Assembly: GCA_002421785.1 (NCBI GenBank)
Contig: DIRZ01000001.1
Span: forward strand, 169,142-201,141
From: Candidatus Saccharimonadota bacterium
GTDB taxonomy: Bacteria; Patescibacteriota; Saccharimonadia; Saccharimonadales; Saccharimonadaceae
Direction of reading: 5' to 3'
Length of the DNA stretch: 32,000 nucleotides
Both the position numbers and the translations under genes were made by a program. The notes beneath the pieces are model-generated. The model was not told the DNA's origin. It worked only from the letters and a program-made list of their open reading frames with translations, and made no database searches. Position 1 is the first letter of the stretch; each line of letters starts with the position of its first letter. This document shows positions 15,239-23,498 of this stretch, piece by piece.

Positions 15239-15777
15239 GCTCCCATCACTTCTTCATAAATCCTGTCGTGGACTTCACCTGCAGTGCCAGTACCATCAAG
15301 ATGAATAATTTTTACGCTGTCTTCGGCAAAAATCCCTAGTACAGGGTACATTTTTTGGCGGTAAATGGTCATACGCTTTGCAATTGTTTCTGGTGTATCT
15401 TCCATGCGGTGGCGCTTCTCCAGGCGTTGCATTATCTCTGCTTCCGGTACTTCAAGCACAATCACCACATCAATTTTTTCATTCGTTTTCACCATATAGT
15501 CAGCCAGCCATGCCGCCTGCTCTTTGGTGCGAGGAAACCCGTCAACAATGATGTTAGGGAACTGCTTATCACGCGCGTCTTGCACGGCCTGGCTAAAAAC
15601 TTCGTAGGTCTGTTCGTCGCTGACAAGTTCTCCTGATTTCAAAAGTGAGATTAATTCTGGGTCTGTGCTTGCGCGTAGCATCTCGCCGGTGCTCAGCCAT
15701 TTCCACCCCTGGCGTACTGCCAACATCTGCCCTTGCATGCTCTTACCGGCACCCGTGGGACCAAAAAGTAGTATCAT
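15226..15777 (-). CDS. adk: adenylate kinase (short form, no zinc lid)
   Basis: P-loop GPTGAGKS, STGEMLR and DGFPRTKEQA. It overlaps the map start by 13 nt. Confidence 0.85.
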   Translation of the reverse strand: MILLFGPTGAGKSMQGQMLAVRQGWKWLSTGEMLRASTDPELISLLKSGELVSDEQTYEVFSQAVQDARDKQFPNIIVDGFPRTKEQAAWLADYMVKTNEKIDVVIVLEVPEAEIMQRLEKRHRMEDTPETIAKRMTIYRQKMYPVLGIFAEDSVKIIHLDGTGTAGEVHDRIYEEVMGACQN

Positions 15778-15795
15778 CTTTGAATTCCTCTCGTA

Positions 15796-16248
15796 TTAGT
15801 TCAGTTCTTGTTTGACAATTTGAGCCACGACAGCCCCATCGGCGGTGTTGCCTGCTGCTTGTTTCACCGCGCCAATTACTTGCCCCATCATCACAGGACT
15901 CGTCGCACCTAGTTCAGCAATCTTCTCTTTTACGATAGCTCGTAGTTCGTCTTCTGTCATTTGCTTCGGCAAATATTGCTGCAAAATTGCCAGCTCTTGC
16001 TCTTCAGGTTCCGCAAGCTCAGGACGACTATTGTCCCGATATACTTTTGCGCTCTCGATGCGTTTTTTTGCTTCACGAGCAATGACCTTTTCAATGTCAG
16101 CGTCGCTGAGCCCTTCGTCGCGCTTGCCCTGTGCGACTTCTTCATTTAAAATAGCCGCTTTAAGATTTCGGAGTGTTTCGCCGACAAAACGATTGCCGCC
16201 AAGTAAGGCGGCTTTCATTTCATCAGATATTTGCTCTTTTAGAGCCAT
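15796..16248 (-). CDS. GatB/YqeY domain protein
   Basis: MALKEQISDEMKAALLGG...LRNLKAAILNEEV...EQELAILQQYLP is a typical YqeY. It follows rpsU, as in many Gram-positives. Confidence 0.85.
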   Translation of the reverse strand: MALKEQISDEMKAALLGGNRFVGETLRNLKAAILNEEVAQGKRDEGLSDADIEKVIAREAKKRIESAKVYRDNSRPELAEPEEQELAILQQYLPKQMTEDELRAIVKEKIAELGATSPVMMGQVIGAVKQAAGNTADGAVVAQIVKQELN

Positions 16249-16251
16249 TGA

Positions 16252-16467
16252 CTATCGAAGGCCTAGGCGCATCTTGGCCAATTTATCGTTCTTGCGTTCT
16301 TTGCGAATAATCGCTTTAGCGCGACGCTCAGTTTTACTAAGAGGTTTTGCAAATCGCATCGAAGCTTTCGCCTCAGCGAGCACACCGCTCTGTAGCACCT
16401 TGCGGTTGAAACGACGAATAATGTTTTCGTTCGCTTCTCGTTCATCTTTACGTGTGACTTGTACCAT
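16252..16467 (-). CDS. rpsU: 30S ribosomal protein S21
   Basis: MVQVTRKDEREANENIIRRFNRKVLQSG...KPLSKTERRAK. The start is set at the ATG at 16467, because the track start (GTG at 16497) lies inside the predicted promoter. Confidence 0.85.
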   Translation of the reverse strand: MVQVTRKDEREANENIIRRFNRKVLQSGVLAEAKASMRFAKPLSKTERRAKAIIRKERKNDKLAKMRLGLR

Positions 16468-16475
16468 ATGGCTGT

Positions 16476-16504
16476 ATTGTAACAGATATGACTGCACTAT
16501 GCAA
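16476..16504 (-). promoter_or_regulatory. sigma-70-type promoter for rpsU-yqeY
   Basis: Minus strand reads TTGCAT, 17 nt, TACAAT (with upstream TGT). Only 8 nt separate the -10 from the ATG. Confidence 0.45.
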
Positions 16505-16527
16505 CTACTCCGCCTGACGTGCCCTCC

Positions 16528-18213
16528 CTACAGCCGCTCAAGCCGCACCAGCATGCCCTCGACAGTCTTCGATCCTCGCCATTCGTTACGTGTCGGCTTG
16601 AACCATACCGACACGGTTTCGCCGGGTTCTACAAACCAATCCGCCGAAGCATTGAATGCAAGCAAATCCAGTATTCCGCCCGCATTATCACGCACCCCAA
16701 TCTTGATGTGCTGGCCGTCTGCTCCCATTCGCCGCATTGACATCACTATCACGTCCGCGACTTTCAGAATGGGCTCAGGATTTCCACTTCCAAACGGCTC
16801 CATTCGCTCCATGTCATCGAGTAGCGCCGTATTCACTTCGCTAAAATCAGCAATCGCCACATCTTCGCGGGCCAACAAATGCACCTGTTGTGACGGTAAA
16901 TCCAAGGACTCGAAGTAGGCATTCACTCTATCGCGAAACGCCGCAATGTTCGCTGTGAGTAAAGACACGCCCGCTGCGAGCTTATGCCCCCCACCTTTTA
17001 TGATTAAATCATCGCTCGCTCGAATCGCATCAGCAGCGCTAAAGCCACCATAGCTTCGCGCCGAGCCCTTCGCCTGCTCGCCCATTTCCTGCAATACAAA
17101 TACTGGCTTCTTGTATTTTTCAAGCAACTTTGCCGCCACGATTCCCACTATCCCGTGGTTCCAATCGGAGTGACTCACGACGAGCACGCGACTTTCTTTC
17201 ATACTCTCAGCCTGCTGGATAGCCATTGCTAAAATTTCATCTTGCTCCGCTCGCCGAGCGACATTCATTTCATCGAGCTTCTGGGCTTTTTCCATTGCAA
17301 CCCTACCGTCGCGCGCCAACAACATGTCCTGCGCATATTTCGCCGTTTCGAGCCTTCCTGCGGCATTCATTCGAGGACCGAGGGCAAATCCAAGGCTCCG
17401 AGCATTTACCTTTTGCGGCTCCACGGCCGCCACAGCCATCAGCGCCCGAAGTCCAGGGCGTCGCGTTTTCGAAAGAACGCGTAGCCCCCAATACACATGT
17501 ACCCGGTTTTCGTCGATAAGCGTTACGACATCGCATACCGTCCCTAACGCAACCAAATCAAGCAGCCATTTTTCTTGCCCGTAAGGCAGCCCGTCAAGCC
17601 GCGTCTGCAATGCTTGCACCAGTTTAAAAGCAACCCCCACCCCTGGTAGGTCAAGAAAGGGATAGAGTGGTTTCTTCGGATGCGGAGCCACGAGCTGCAG
17701 GTGCTCGTACCGTTTCGGGTAATCCTGCAGAAGGCGCTTCGGATTGATGACCGCAACTGCAGGTGGCTGAACCTTCGCAACATTATGGTGATCCGTCACA
17801 ATCACATCCACGCCCAGCTCCGCAGCACGCTCAATTTCTTTTTGGCTCAGGCTTCCACAGTCCACTGTCACAATAAGTGTAGCTCCATCGGCTGCAATGC
17901 GCTCTACGGCATCAACCGTTAGCCCATAGCCTTCAACAAAGCGATTTGGTATGTAGGTTGAAACATGCCGATATCCAAACGAATCCATCGCATCAAGCAA
18001 TACGGTCGTCGCGGTAAGTCCATCAATATCATAGTCACCATATATAGTGATATGCTCTTGCATCTGTCGTGCATCCACGAGCCGCTCGACTGCACGCGCC
18101 ATATCGGGCAGCAAAAAAGGGTCATGGCCTCGTTCGTAAACGGGGTTCAAAAATGCTTCGCGCGCATCGCCAACGAGGCCGCGAGACTCAAGTATCCTTT
18201 CGAATAATGTCAT
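16528..18213 (-). CDS. recJ: single-stranded-DNA-specific exonuclease RecJ
   Basis: DHH family motifs (GDYDIDGLTA, VDCG, TDHHN) and the DHHA1 motif GGHKLAAG. Confidence 0.9.
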   Translation of the reverse strand: MTLFERILESRGLVGDAREAFLNPVYERGHDPFLLPDMARAVERLVDARQMQEHITIYGDYDIDGLTATTVLLDAMDSFGYRHVSTYIPNRFVEGYGLTVDAVERIAADGATLIVTVDCGSLSQKEIERAAELGVDVIVTDHHNVAKVQPPAVAVINPKRLLQDYPKRYEHLQLVAPHPKKPLYPFLDLPGVGVAFKLVQALQTRLDGLPYGQEKWLLDLVALGTVCDVVTLIDENRVHVYWGLRVLSKTRRPGLRALMAVAAVEPQKVNARSLGFALGPRMNAAGRLETAKYAQDMLLARDGRVAMEKAQKLDEMNVARRAEQDEILAMAIQQAESMKESRVLVVSHSDWNHGIVGIVAAKLLEKYKKPVFVLQEMGEQAKGSARSYGGFSAADAIRASDDLIIKGGGHKLAAGVSLLTANIAAFRDRVNAYFESLDLPSQQVHLLAREDVAIADFSEVNTALLDDMERMEPFGSGNPEPILKVADVIVMSMRRMGADGQHIKIGVRDNAGGILDLLAFNASADWFVEPGETVSVWFKPTRNEWRGSKTVEGMLVRLERL

Positions 18214-18521
18214 GGTTGAATGTCGGTAGAGGCGCGCTTCGGTCGACCAGCGCTTAGTTGCTGCTGCGACTTAATGACAATACTTTGAAGTTCTTTAAAA
18301 ATTGGGAACTGTTTATTCGTAGAATAAATCTTTGTATTGCCCTGCTTTTCACCCAGCAAGAAGCCAACTTTTTCAAGACGCTTCAACTCACGCTGAATAT
18401 TTCCTGGATCTTCTTTAATGAGCTTCGCAAGGCCTCGAACATGAGTATGAAAATCGGGGTATTTTGCGTACACGACAACAATTTTTCGTCGCACCCGAGA
18501 TGTAATAAATACGTCTAACAT
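18210..18521 (-). CDS. winged-helix DNA-binding protein (ArsR-like)
   Basis: 103 aa. HVRGLAKLIKEDPGNIQRELKRLEKVGFL looks like an HTH plus wing. Its stop overlaps the recJ start (ATGA). Promoter TTGCAA-17-TAGAAT lies upstream (about 18552-18580). Confidence 0.6.
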   Translation of the reverse strand: MLDVFITSRVRRKIVVVYAKYPDFHTHVRGLAKLIKEDPGNIQRELKRLEKVGFLLGEKQGNTKIYSTNKQFPIFKELQSIVIKSQQQLSAGRPKRASTDIQP

Positions 18522-18599
18522 CGAACCCTTTCTTGCTCATTCCCAAAGTAACTGTTGCTTTTTATTCTACATTTACCCATACGGTTTTGCAAGCCTGAA

Positions 18600-19256
18600 T
18601 TATCGCCAGTTCAGGACAATTTGATTAATTTTGGCTATGGTTTCTTCGTGGGATGGCACCGCATTATCGTCATAATAATGGTCTGTACCCATGAAATTCT
18701 CTTTTACATCAAGGATATGAAGCTCATCTGCAACGATATGAAGTCGATCAACGGCTGGTATGGTTGCGACAGGCGCAGCCACAATAAGCTTAATGGTATG
18801 GATCGGCTTTAAAAAGTCGATCGCGACATTCAGCAGTGCGCTGTCACTAAAAGAATCGGATACCAATATAATTACCCGGTCTCGTAGCAAGCGAGGCTCA
18901 ATCAAACCGCCATCTCCAATCAACCGATTGATTCTACTAAACGCTTGTCGTTTTTGGTCATCTAAATATCCGTGAAACTCACTTGTATATTCTTCGATTT
19001 CACCAGACGAAAACTCGCTATTATAGGTAAAGTTACCTGCTTGCGATACCGCGCCAAAACTTATACTTTCACCTGGCACCTCAATGCCTTCCGTAACCAG
19101 CATTGTCAGGATACAGTGCAGCTGAGCAGCAATCTGCTCCCCCACCAATACACCCCCGTCGCTCAGCGCAATCACCGCACAATTCTCGTAACGGTACCGC
19201 TCGACGAGCTGCGCTGCAAGCAACTGGCCCGCATGTGCACGTGACTCAAAATACAT
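18600..19256 (-). CDS. predicted phosphoribosyltransferase-like protein (COG1926-type) with a degenerate PRPP loop
   Basis: MYFESRAHAGQLLAAQL...VIALSDGGVLVGEQIA...VIILVSDSFSDSA. The start is set at the ATG at 19256, because the track start (TTG at 19334) would overlap the divergent priA. Confidence 0.65.
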   Translation of the reverse strand: MYFESRAHAGQLLAAQLVERYRYENCAVIALSDGGVLVGEQIAAQLHCILTMLVTEGIEVPGESISFGAVSQAGNFTYNSEFSSGEIEEYTSEFHGYLDDQKRQAFSRINRLIGDGGLIEPRLLRDRVIILVSDSFSDSALLNVAIDFLKPIHTIKLIVAAPVATIPAVDRLHIVADELHILDVKENFMGTDHYYDDNAVPSHEETIAKINQIVLNWR

Positions 19257-19306
19257 ATGCTTATAGTAACAAATTACTTGCGAGACATACAGGGTATACT
19301 GGATAC

Positions 19307-21244
19307 ATGACGTACTACGAGGTTGCGCCGACAAAGATTGTTCGTGTCACGAGCAGTGTCTTTACGTATCATGCCGACGCGGTATTAGCACCAGGCCAAC
19401 TCGTTACTATTCCGGTTGGAAAGCAACAACTCACTGGCATCGTGATGCGCAGAGTCTCAAAGCCGGCCTACGAAACAAAACCTGTCTCGTCCGTACTCGA
19501 CTACTCCCCCCTGCCTCCCGCGCTTCTTGCAACAGTTAGCTGGATGAGTGAGTACTACGCGACCCATCTCGCCACCGTACTTCAAACCGCTCTTCCTCGT
19601 GGCCTCACTACTACCCGGCGGACCAAGCCGTCATCTTCTTCTCTACCAACTCGTGACCGAACACATTTTTTACTCAATACATCTCAAAACGCAGCAGTCA
19701 CGGCTGTTACGGCAATGACTCCCGGCACCGCCATTATGCACGGTATTACGGGTAGCGGAAAGACTGCTGTCTATATTGAGCTTGCAAAGCAAACACTCAA
19801 TGCGGGCAAATCGGTCATGGTACTGGTACCCGAAATAGCCCTCACCTCCCAGCTGGTTGCCGAGTTCCAGCACCATTTTAGCGACATCATCCTCACTCAT
19901 TCTAAGCAGACCGAATCCGAACGACATCGGGCATGGGCTGCCGCACTTTCATCTCCAACCCCTCGAGTTATCATCGGCCCTCGGTCTGCACTTTTCATGC
20001 CCGTGACATCCATCGGCCTCATCGTTATCGACGAGGCTCACGAACCAAGCTTCAAACAGGACCAATCTCCCCGCTACTCTGCCCTGCGTGTTGCGAGCAT
20101 CCTAGCAAAACATCATGGTGGTCGCGTTGTTCAAGGTTCTGCTACTCCACTAGTCAGTGAGTACTATCTAGCAAAAGCAGCGGGGCGTCCCATCATTGAG
20201 CTTCCTGAGAAAGCTCGCCGCGATGCTGTCACTCCTGATATCTCCGTCGTCGACATGACCAAGAAGACACTATTTACAAAGCACCGCTTCTTTTCAGATA
20301 GCTTACTCGCTCAGATAGCTACCTCCCTCTCCGCCAACCACCAAGTCCTTATATTCCATAACCGAAGAGGCAGCGCCAGCACAACACTCTGCGAAAACTG
20401 TGGATGGTCTGCCATCTGCCCACGCTGCTTCGTGCCCTTTACGCTTCATGGAGACACCCACCAGCTCATTTGCCATATCTGTGGTACGACCGAACGCGTT
20501 CCAACGTCGTGCCCCGAGTGCGCACATACGGATATTATCCATAGAGGCATTGGCACCAAACTTGTTGAAAGTGAGCTAAGGCGTCTCTTCCCACAAGCAT
20601 CGATTGCGCGCTTTGATGGCGACACAGAAAATAAACAAACGGTCGAACAACGCTACCAGGCACTTTACGATGGTACCATTGATATCATCGTCGGCACCCA
20701 AGTCATTGCCAAAGGCCTCGACCTCCCACACCTTCGTACCGTTGGGGTCATTCAAGCAGATGCGGGATTGTCACTGCCAGACTTTGTGTCAGCGGAACGA
20801 ACGTTCCAACTCCTGTCGCAGGTTGTCGGCCGTGTCGGGCGCAGCAGCCATCCAACCCACGTCATCGTGCAGAGCTATCAACCGAACACCCCCGCGGTCA
20901 CCCTCGGCATCCAACAAGACTACGCGACGTTCTACGACCTCACGCTCGCCGACCGGAAGCGAGGGCATTTTCCCCCATTCACCTACCTGCTCAAGCTCAC
21001 GTGTTTATACAAAACCGAAGCTGCCGCAATTCGTCAGTCTCGAGCATTTGCCGCCCGTATCCGCCAGGAGTTCTCCGACGTCATCATCCTTGGCCCGACC
21101 CCAGCGTTCTATGAACGTCAACACGACACCTACCGCTGGCAAATTGTCGTTCGGTCGAGTCGCCGTTCACAGCTACTTAGCATCGCAGCTACTGTGCCCG
21201 CGACCCACTGGCACGTCGACATTGACCCCGCATCACTACTGTAA
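19307..21244 (+). CDS. priA: primosomal protein N' (PriA helicase)
   Basis: YEVAP...TYH N-terminus, Walker A GITGSGKT, DEAH, and a Cys-rich zinc insert (CENCG..CPRC...CHICG...CPEC). The start is set at the ATG at 19307 (MTYYEVAP). Confidence 0.9.
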   Translation: MTYYEVAPTKIVRVTSSVFTYHADAVLAPGQLVTIPVGKQQLTGIVMRRVSKPAYETKPVSSVLDYSPLPPALLATVSWMSEYYATHLATVLQTALPRGLTTTRRTKPSSSSLPTRDRTHFLLNTSQNAAVTAVTAMTPGTAIMHGITGSGKTAVYIELAKQTLNAGKSVMVLVPEIALTSQLVAEFQHHFSDIILTHSKQTESERHRAWAAALSSPTPRVIIGPRSALFMPVTSIGLIVIDEAHEPSFKQDQSPRYSALRVASILAKHHGGRVVQGSATPLVSEYYLAKAAGRPIIELPEKARRDAVTPDISVVDMTKKTLFTKHRFFSDSLLAQIATSLSANHQVLIFHNRRGSASTTLCENCGWSAICPRCFVPFTLHGDTHQLICHICGTTERVPTSCPECAHTDIIHRGIGTKLVESELRRLFPQASIARFDGDTENKQTVEQRYQALYDGTIDIIVGTQVIAKGLDLPHLRTVGVIQADAGLSLPDFVSAERTFQLLSQVVGRVGRSSHPTHVIVQSYQPNTPAVTLGIQQDYATFYDLTLADRKRGHFPPFTYLLKLTCLYKTEAAAIRQSRAFAARIRQEFSDVIILGPTPAFYERQHDTYRWQIVVRSSRRSQLLSIAATVPATHWHVDIDPASLL

Positions 21245-21277
21245 AATGGCGCATACTCTGATATAATGGTGCGTAAC

Positions 21278-21850
21278 ATGAAAAAAGAAGCGATCATCAC
21301 CCTGCCGAATCCTCATCTGCGCCAAAAATCGGCGCGTATTCATGTCGTAACAGACGATGTCCGTAAGCTCGTCCAGGACATGACCGATGCCAGCCTCGAC
21401 TGGGAAGACTCTCGCCCTCACGAAATTAGCGCTGCCCTTGCGGCTGTTCAAATTGACACGCTCGAACGCGTCGTAATCATCCGAAGCGACTTTGAAGACA
21501 AGGCCGTTCGCGAATTTACACCGCTGATTAACCCGGAAATTGTTAAGTACGAAGGTCAGTTGATTTCTGACTACGAAGGCTGCCTTAGTGTGAGTAGTTT
21601 TTACGGTAAAGTTCCCCGCTATTCACGTGTGCGGGTAAAAGCACTCGACCTCGATGGCAACGAGGTGCGATTCAAAGCCGACGGCTTCCTCGCTCGCGTC
21701 ATTCAGCACGAAATCGACCACACAAACGGTATTGTCTTTGTTGACCATATCCATGATAAACACGATGCATTCTACCGACTCGATGAGAAAGGCGAGCTTC
21801 GACCTCTCGACTATGACAAAGACGTCGCCCATAGTGTTCTTTGGGACTGA
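21278..21850 (+). CDS. def: peptide deformylase
   Basis: EGCLS and QHEIDH metal-binding motifs. Motif 1 reads SAALAAVQ instead of GxGxAAxQ. The start is set at the second ATG (MKKEAI...), because the first ATG overlaps the -10 box. Confidence 0.85.
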   Translation: MKKEAIITLPNPHLRQKSARIHVVTDDVRKLVQDMTDASLDWEDSRPHEISAALAAVQIDTLERVVIIRSDFEDKAVREFTPLINPEIVKYEGQLISDYEGCLSVSSFYGKVPRYSRVRVKALDLDGNEVRFKADGFLARVIQHEIDHTNGIVFVDHIHDKHDAFYRLDEKGELRPLDYDKDVAHSVLWD

Positions 21851-22697
21851 GGACTTTAGCCTCTTTTCATTACGCGCACTCGTCGAGGCGGGTTTTCCTG
21901 TCAGCCTCGTTATTACTAAGCCCGACACCAAACGCGGTCGTGGCGGCAAAACAACGTCGCCCGCAGTGAAGCTGTTTGCGATTGAACATGGTATCGCCGT
22001 TCTCCAACCCCATAAGCTTTCAGAAATTACGGATGCCGTACAGCGCCTTAATCGCCCAGCGGGTGTGCTCGTTAGCTACGGCAAAATCATTCCTCAGGCG
22101 ATTATTGACCTCTTTTCTCCCGGAATTATCAACGTACACCCGTCCCTCCTACCGCTTTACCGCGGTCCATCGCCTATTGAATCGGCAATCGCTAACCGTG
22201 ATGCGAAAACCGGCGTCACGCTGATGCAACTTTCTAGAGCCATGGATGCTGGACCGCTCTATTACCAGGTGCCCTACACGCTCGATCAAACCGAAACGCG
22301 CCCCGAACTTTATGAAACCTTAGGTCGGCTGGGAGCTAACATTCTTGTTCAGCAGCTTCCCGCCATCCTTAGCGGCAGTCTTCAGCCAACACCGCAGAAT
22401 GACACCGAAGCCACCTATTGCCAGCTCCTCACGAAAGAAACGAACTTCCTGGACCTCACCTCTCTCACCCCAGGGCAAGCCGAAGCGCGCATTCGCGCCC
22501 ATCTAGGCTTTCCTCGTTCACGAGTTCGGGTCGGCAGTTACGACCTTATTGTTACGAAAGCTCACGCAGTTATGGACGCAAAAACACCGCTTGATCTTGC
22601 GTGTCAAAACGGTGCTTTTCTTTCGATTGATGAATTAGTTGCGCCAAGTGGCCGCATCGTAACCGCGGCAGAGTTCCTGCGCGGATATTCGCTCTAG
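21813..22697 (+). CDS. fmt: methionyl-tRNA formyltransferase
   Basis: IVFFGTEDFS..., ITKPD.KRGRG and HPSLLPLYRGPSPI. The start is either the ATG at 21813 or the GTG at 21834. It overlaps the def 3' end. Confidence 0.85.
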   Translation: MTKTSPIVFFGTEDFSLFSLRALVEAGFPVSLVITKPDTKRGRGGKTTSPAVKLFAIEHGIAVLQPHKLSEITDAVQRLNRPAGVLVSYGKIIPQAIIDLFSPGIINVHPSLLPLYRGPSPIESAIANRDAKTGVTLMQLSRAMDAGPLYYQVPYTLDQTETRPELYETLGRLGANILVQQLPAILSGSLQPTPQNDTEATYCQLLTKETNFLDLTSLTPGQAEARIRAHLGFPRSRVRVGSYDLIVTKAHAVMDAKTPLDLACQNGAFLSIDELVAPSGRIVTAAEFLRGYSL

Positions 22698-23128
22698 GCA
22701 GCTTGCTGACCCGAGCCGAGAATTGCATCGCGGTTCGCGATAATTTCACTCTTCAGCTCTTCCATGGTTGCAGAAACAACCTGGCGGTAATCGGGACGAT
22801 TAATGCCCAGCCACTTCAGCGAAGCGTATTCAGCAAGAACGACGTTCTGTGGAATCTCTGCCGGAGCTCCCGCTTTAAGCTGCTGGTAAATCTGATCTTG
22901 ATCATATTGTGGAACATTTGCGGCCAGCCACGCATTTACCTTCTCGTCGTTGCGGTCAATAAATGACTCGAATTCTTCGAGCTGTGCGTCACTCAAGCCT
23001 TCACTAAGCCGCGTACCGACGCGTAGTTCAAGCTGCTCGCGAAAATGATCAAGAAACATTTGCTTTTGTTCAGCGGGCAACGCGCCCAAACCGACATCTT
23101 GCAAAAACTGGTCATCCAATTGAAACAT
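22694..23128 (-). CDS. DUF5663-like small protein
   Basis: MFQLDDQFLQDVGLGALPAEQKQMFLDHFREQLELRVGTRLSEGLSDAQLEEFE... From memory this matches the DUF5663 pattern. GGGAG SD. Last gene of the operon. Confidence 0.6.
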   Translation of the reverse strand: MFQLDDQFLQDVGLGALPAEQKQMFLDHFREQLELRVGTRLSEGLSDAQLEEFESFIDRNDEKVNAWLAANVPQYDQDQIYQQLKAGAPAEIPQNVVLAEYASLKWLGINRPDYRQVVSATMEELKSEIIANRDAILGSGQQAA

Positions 23129-23169
23129 TATTCACTCCCTTATTAGCTGATTTTAGTATATCACACAAG

Positions 23170-23466
23170 TTAGTACGAGCTGTCGCTGCTGGCATCGGCG
23201 GCCAACTGGCGCGCAAAGTCATTCAGTATTTCATGGCGCAATTCATCGATATCTGTAAATTCACGCTCGATCCAATCCGCAACGGCGTCAGGAGATTGTT
23301 TCTTTAACTCATTAAAAGTTTCACGCTGATCGTCGCTCATCGCGCGCTCAAGTATTCCTGCCACGCGGAGCTCAACAAGCTCACGCGCCTGCTCAACGCT
23401 GACCGCCTGCAACTCAGGAGTTGCCGCGCCGAGACCCAATGTTTCAATGATTTCTTGATCTGTCAT
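23170..23466 (-). CDS. small acidic protein, paralogue of the N-terminal module of the 22694-23128 product
   Basis: ETLGLGAATPELQAVSVEQARELVELRVAGILERAMSDDQRETFNE aligns by eye with DVGLGALPAEQKQMFLDHFREQLELRVGTRLSEGLSDAQLEEFES. Confidence 0.55.
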   Translation of the reverse strand: MTDQEIIETLGLGAATPELQAVSVEQARELVELRVAGILERAMSDDQRETFNELKKQSPDAVADWIEREFTDIDELRHEILNDFARQLAADASSDSSY

Positions 23467-23498
23467 GATGTGCCCGCTTTCTTTTAGCTACTCTGAGT

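Noticed and set aside
15845-16918. A 357-aa ORF on the plus strand (GTG start) spanning the antisense of yqeY, rpsU, the rpsU promoter region and the recJ 3' end.
   Set aside because: It is entirely antisense to three well-supported conserved genes that happen to share one reading phase. Its product is Ser/Arg/Ala/Leu-rich low complexity. It has no SD and a non-ATG start, and it runs through intergenic promoter sequence. This is most simply an unusually long stop-free antisense frame. Only ribosome profiling could revive it.
19103-19306. N-terminal extensions given by the ORF track: priA from 19103, the PRTase-like gene to 19334, lepB from 2669, fmt from 21654, infB to 27735, rpsU to 16497 and def from 21266.
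   Set aside because: The extensions would make divergent genes overlap, or would overlap promoters. Several use TTG or GTG, and they encode non-conserved, low-complexity sequence. Downstream ATGs give canonical family N-termini.
20604-21266. A 220-aa ORF in an alternative plus-strand frame inside priA.
   Set aside because: It is fully embedded in the priA coding region, whose frame carries the helicase and zinc motifs. Its product is Ser/Pro/Arg/Thr-rich with no recognisable features.
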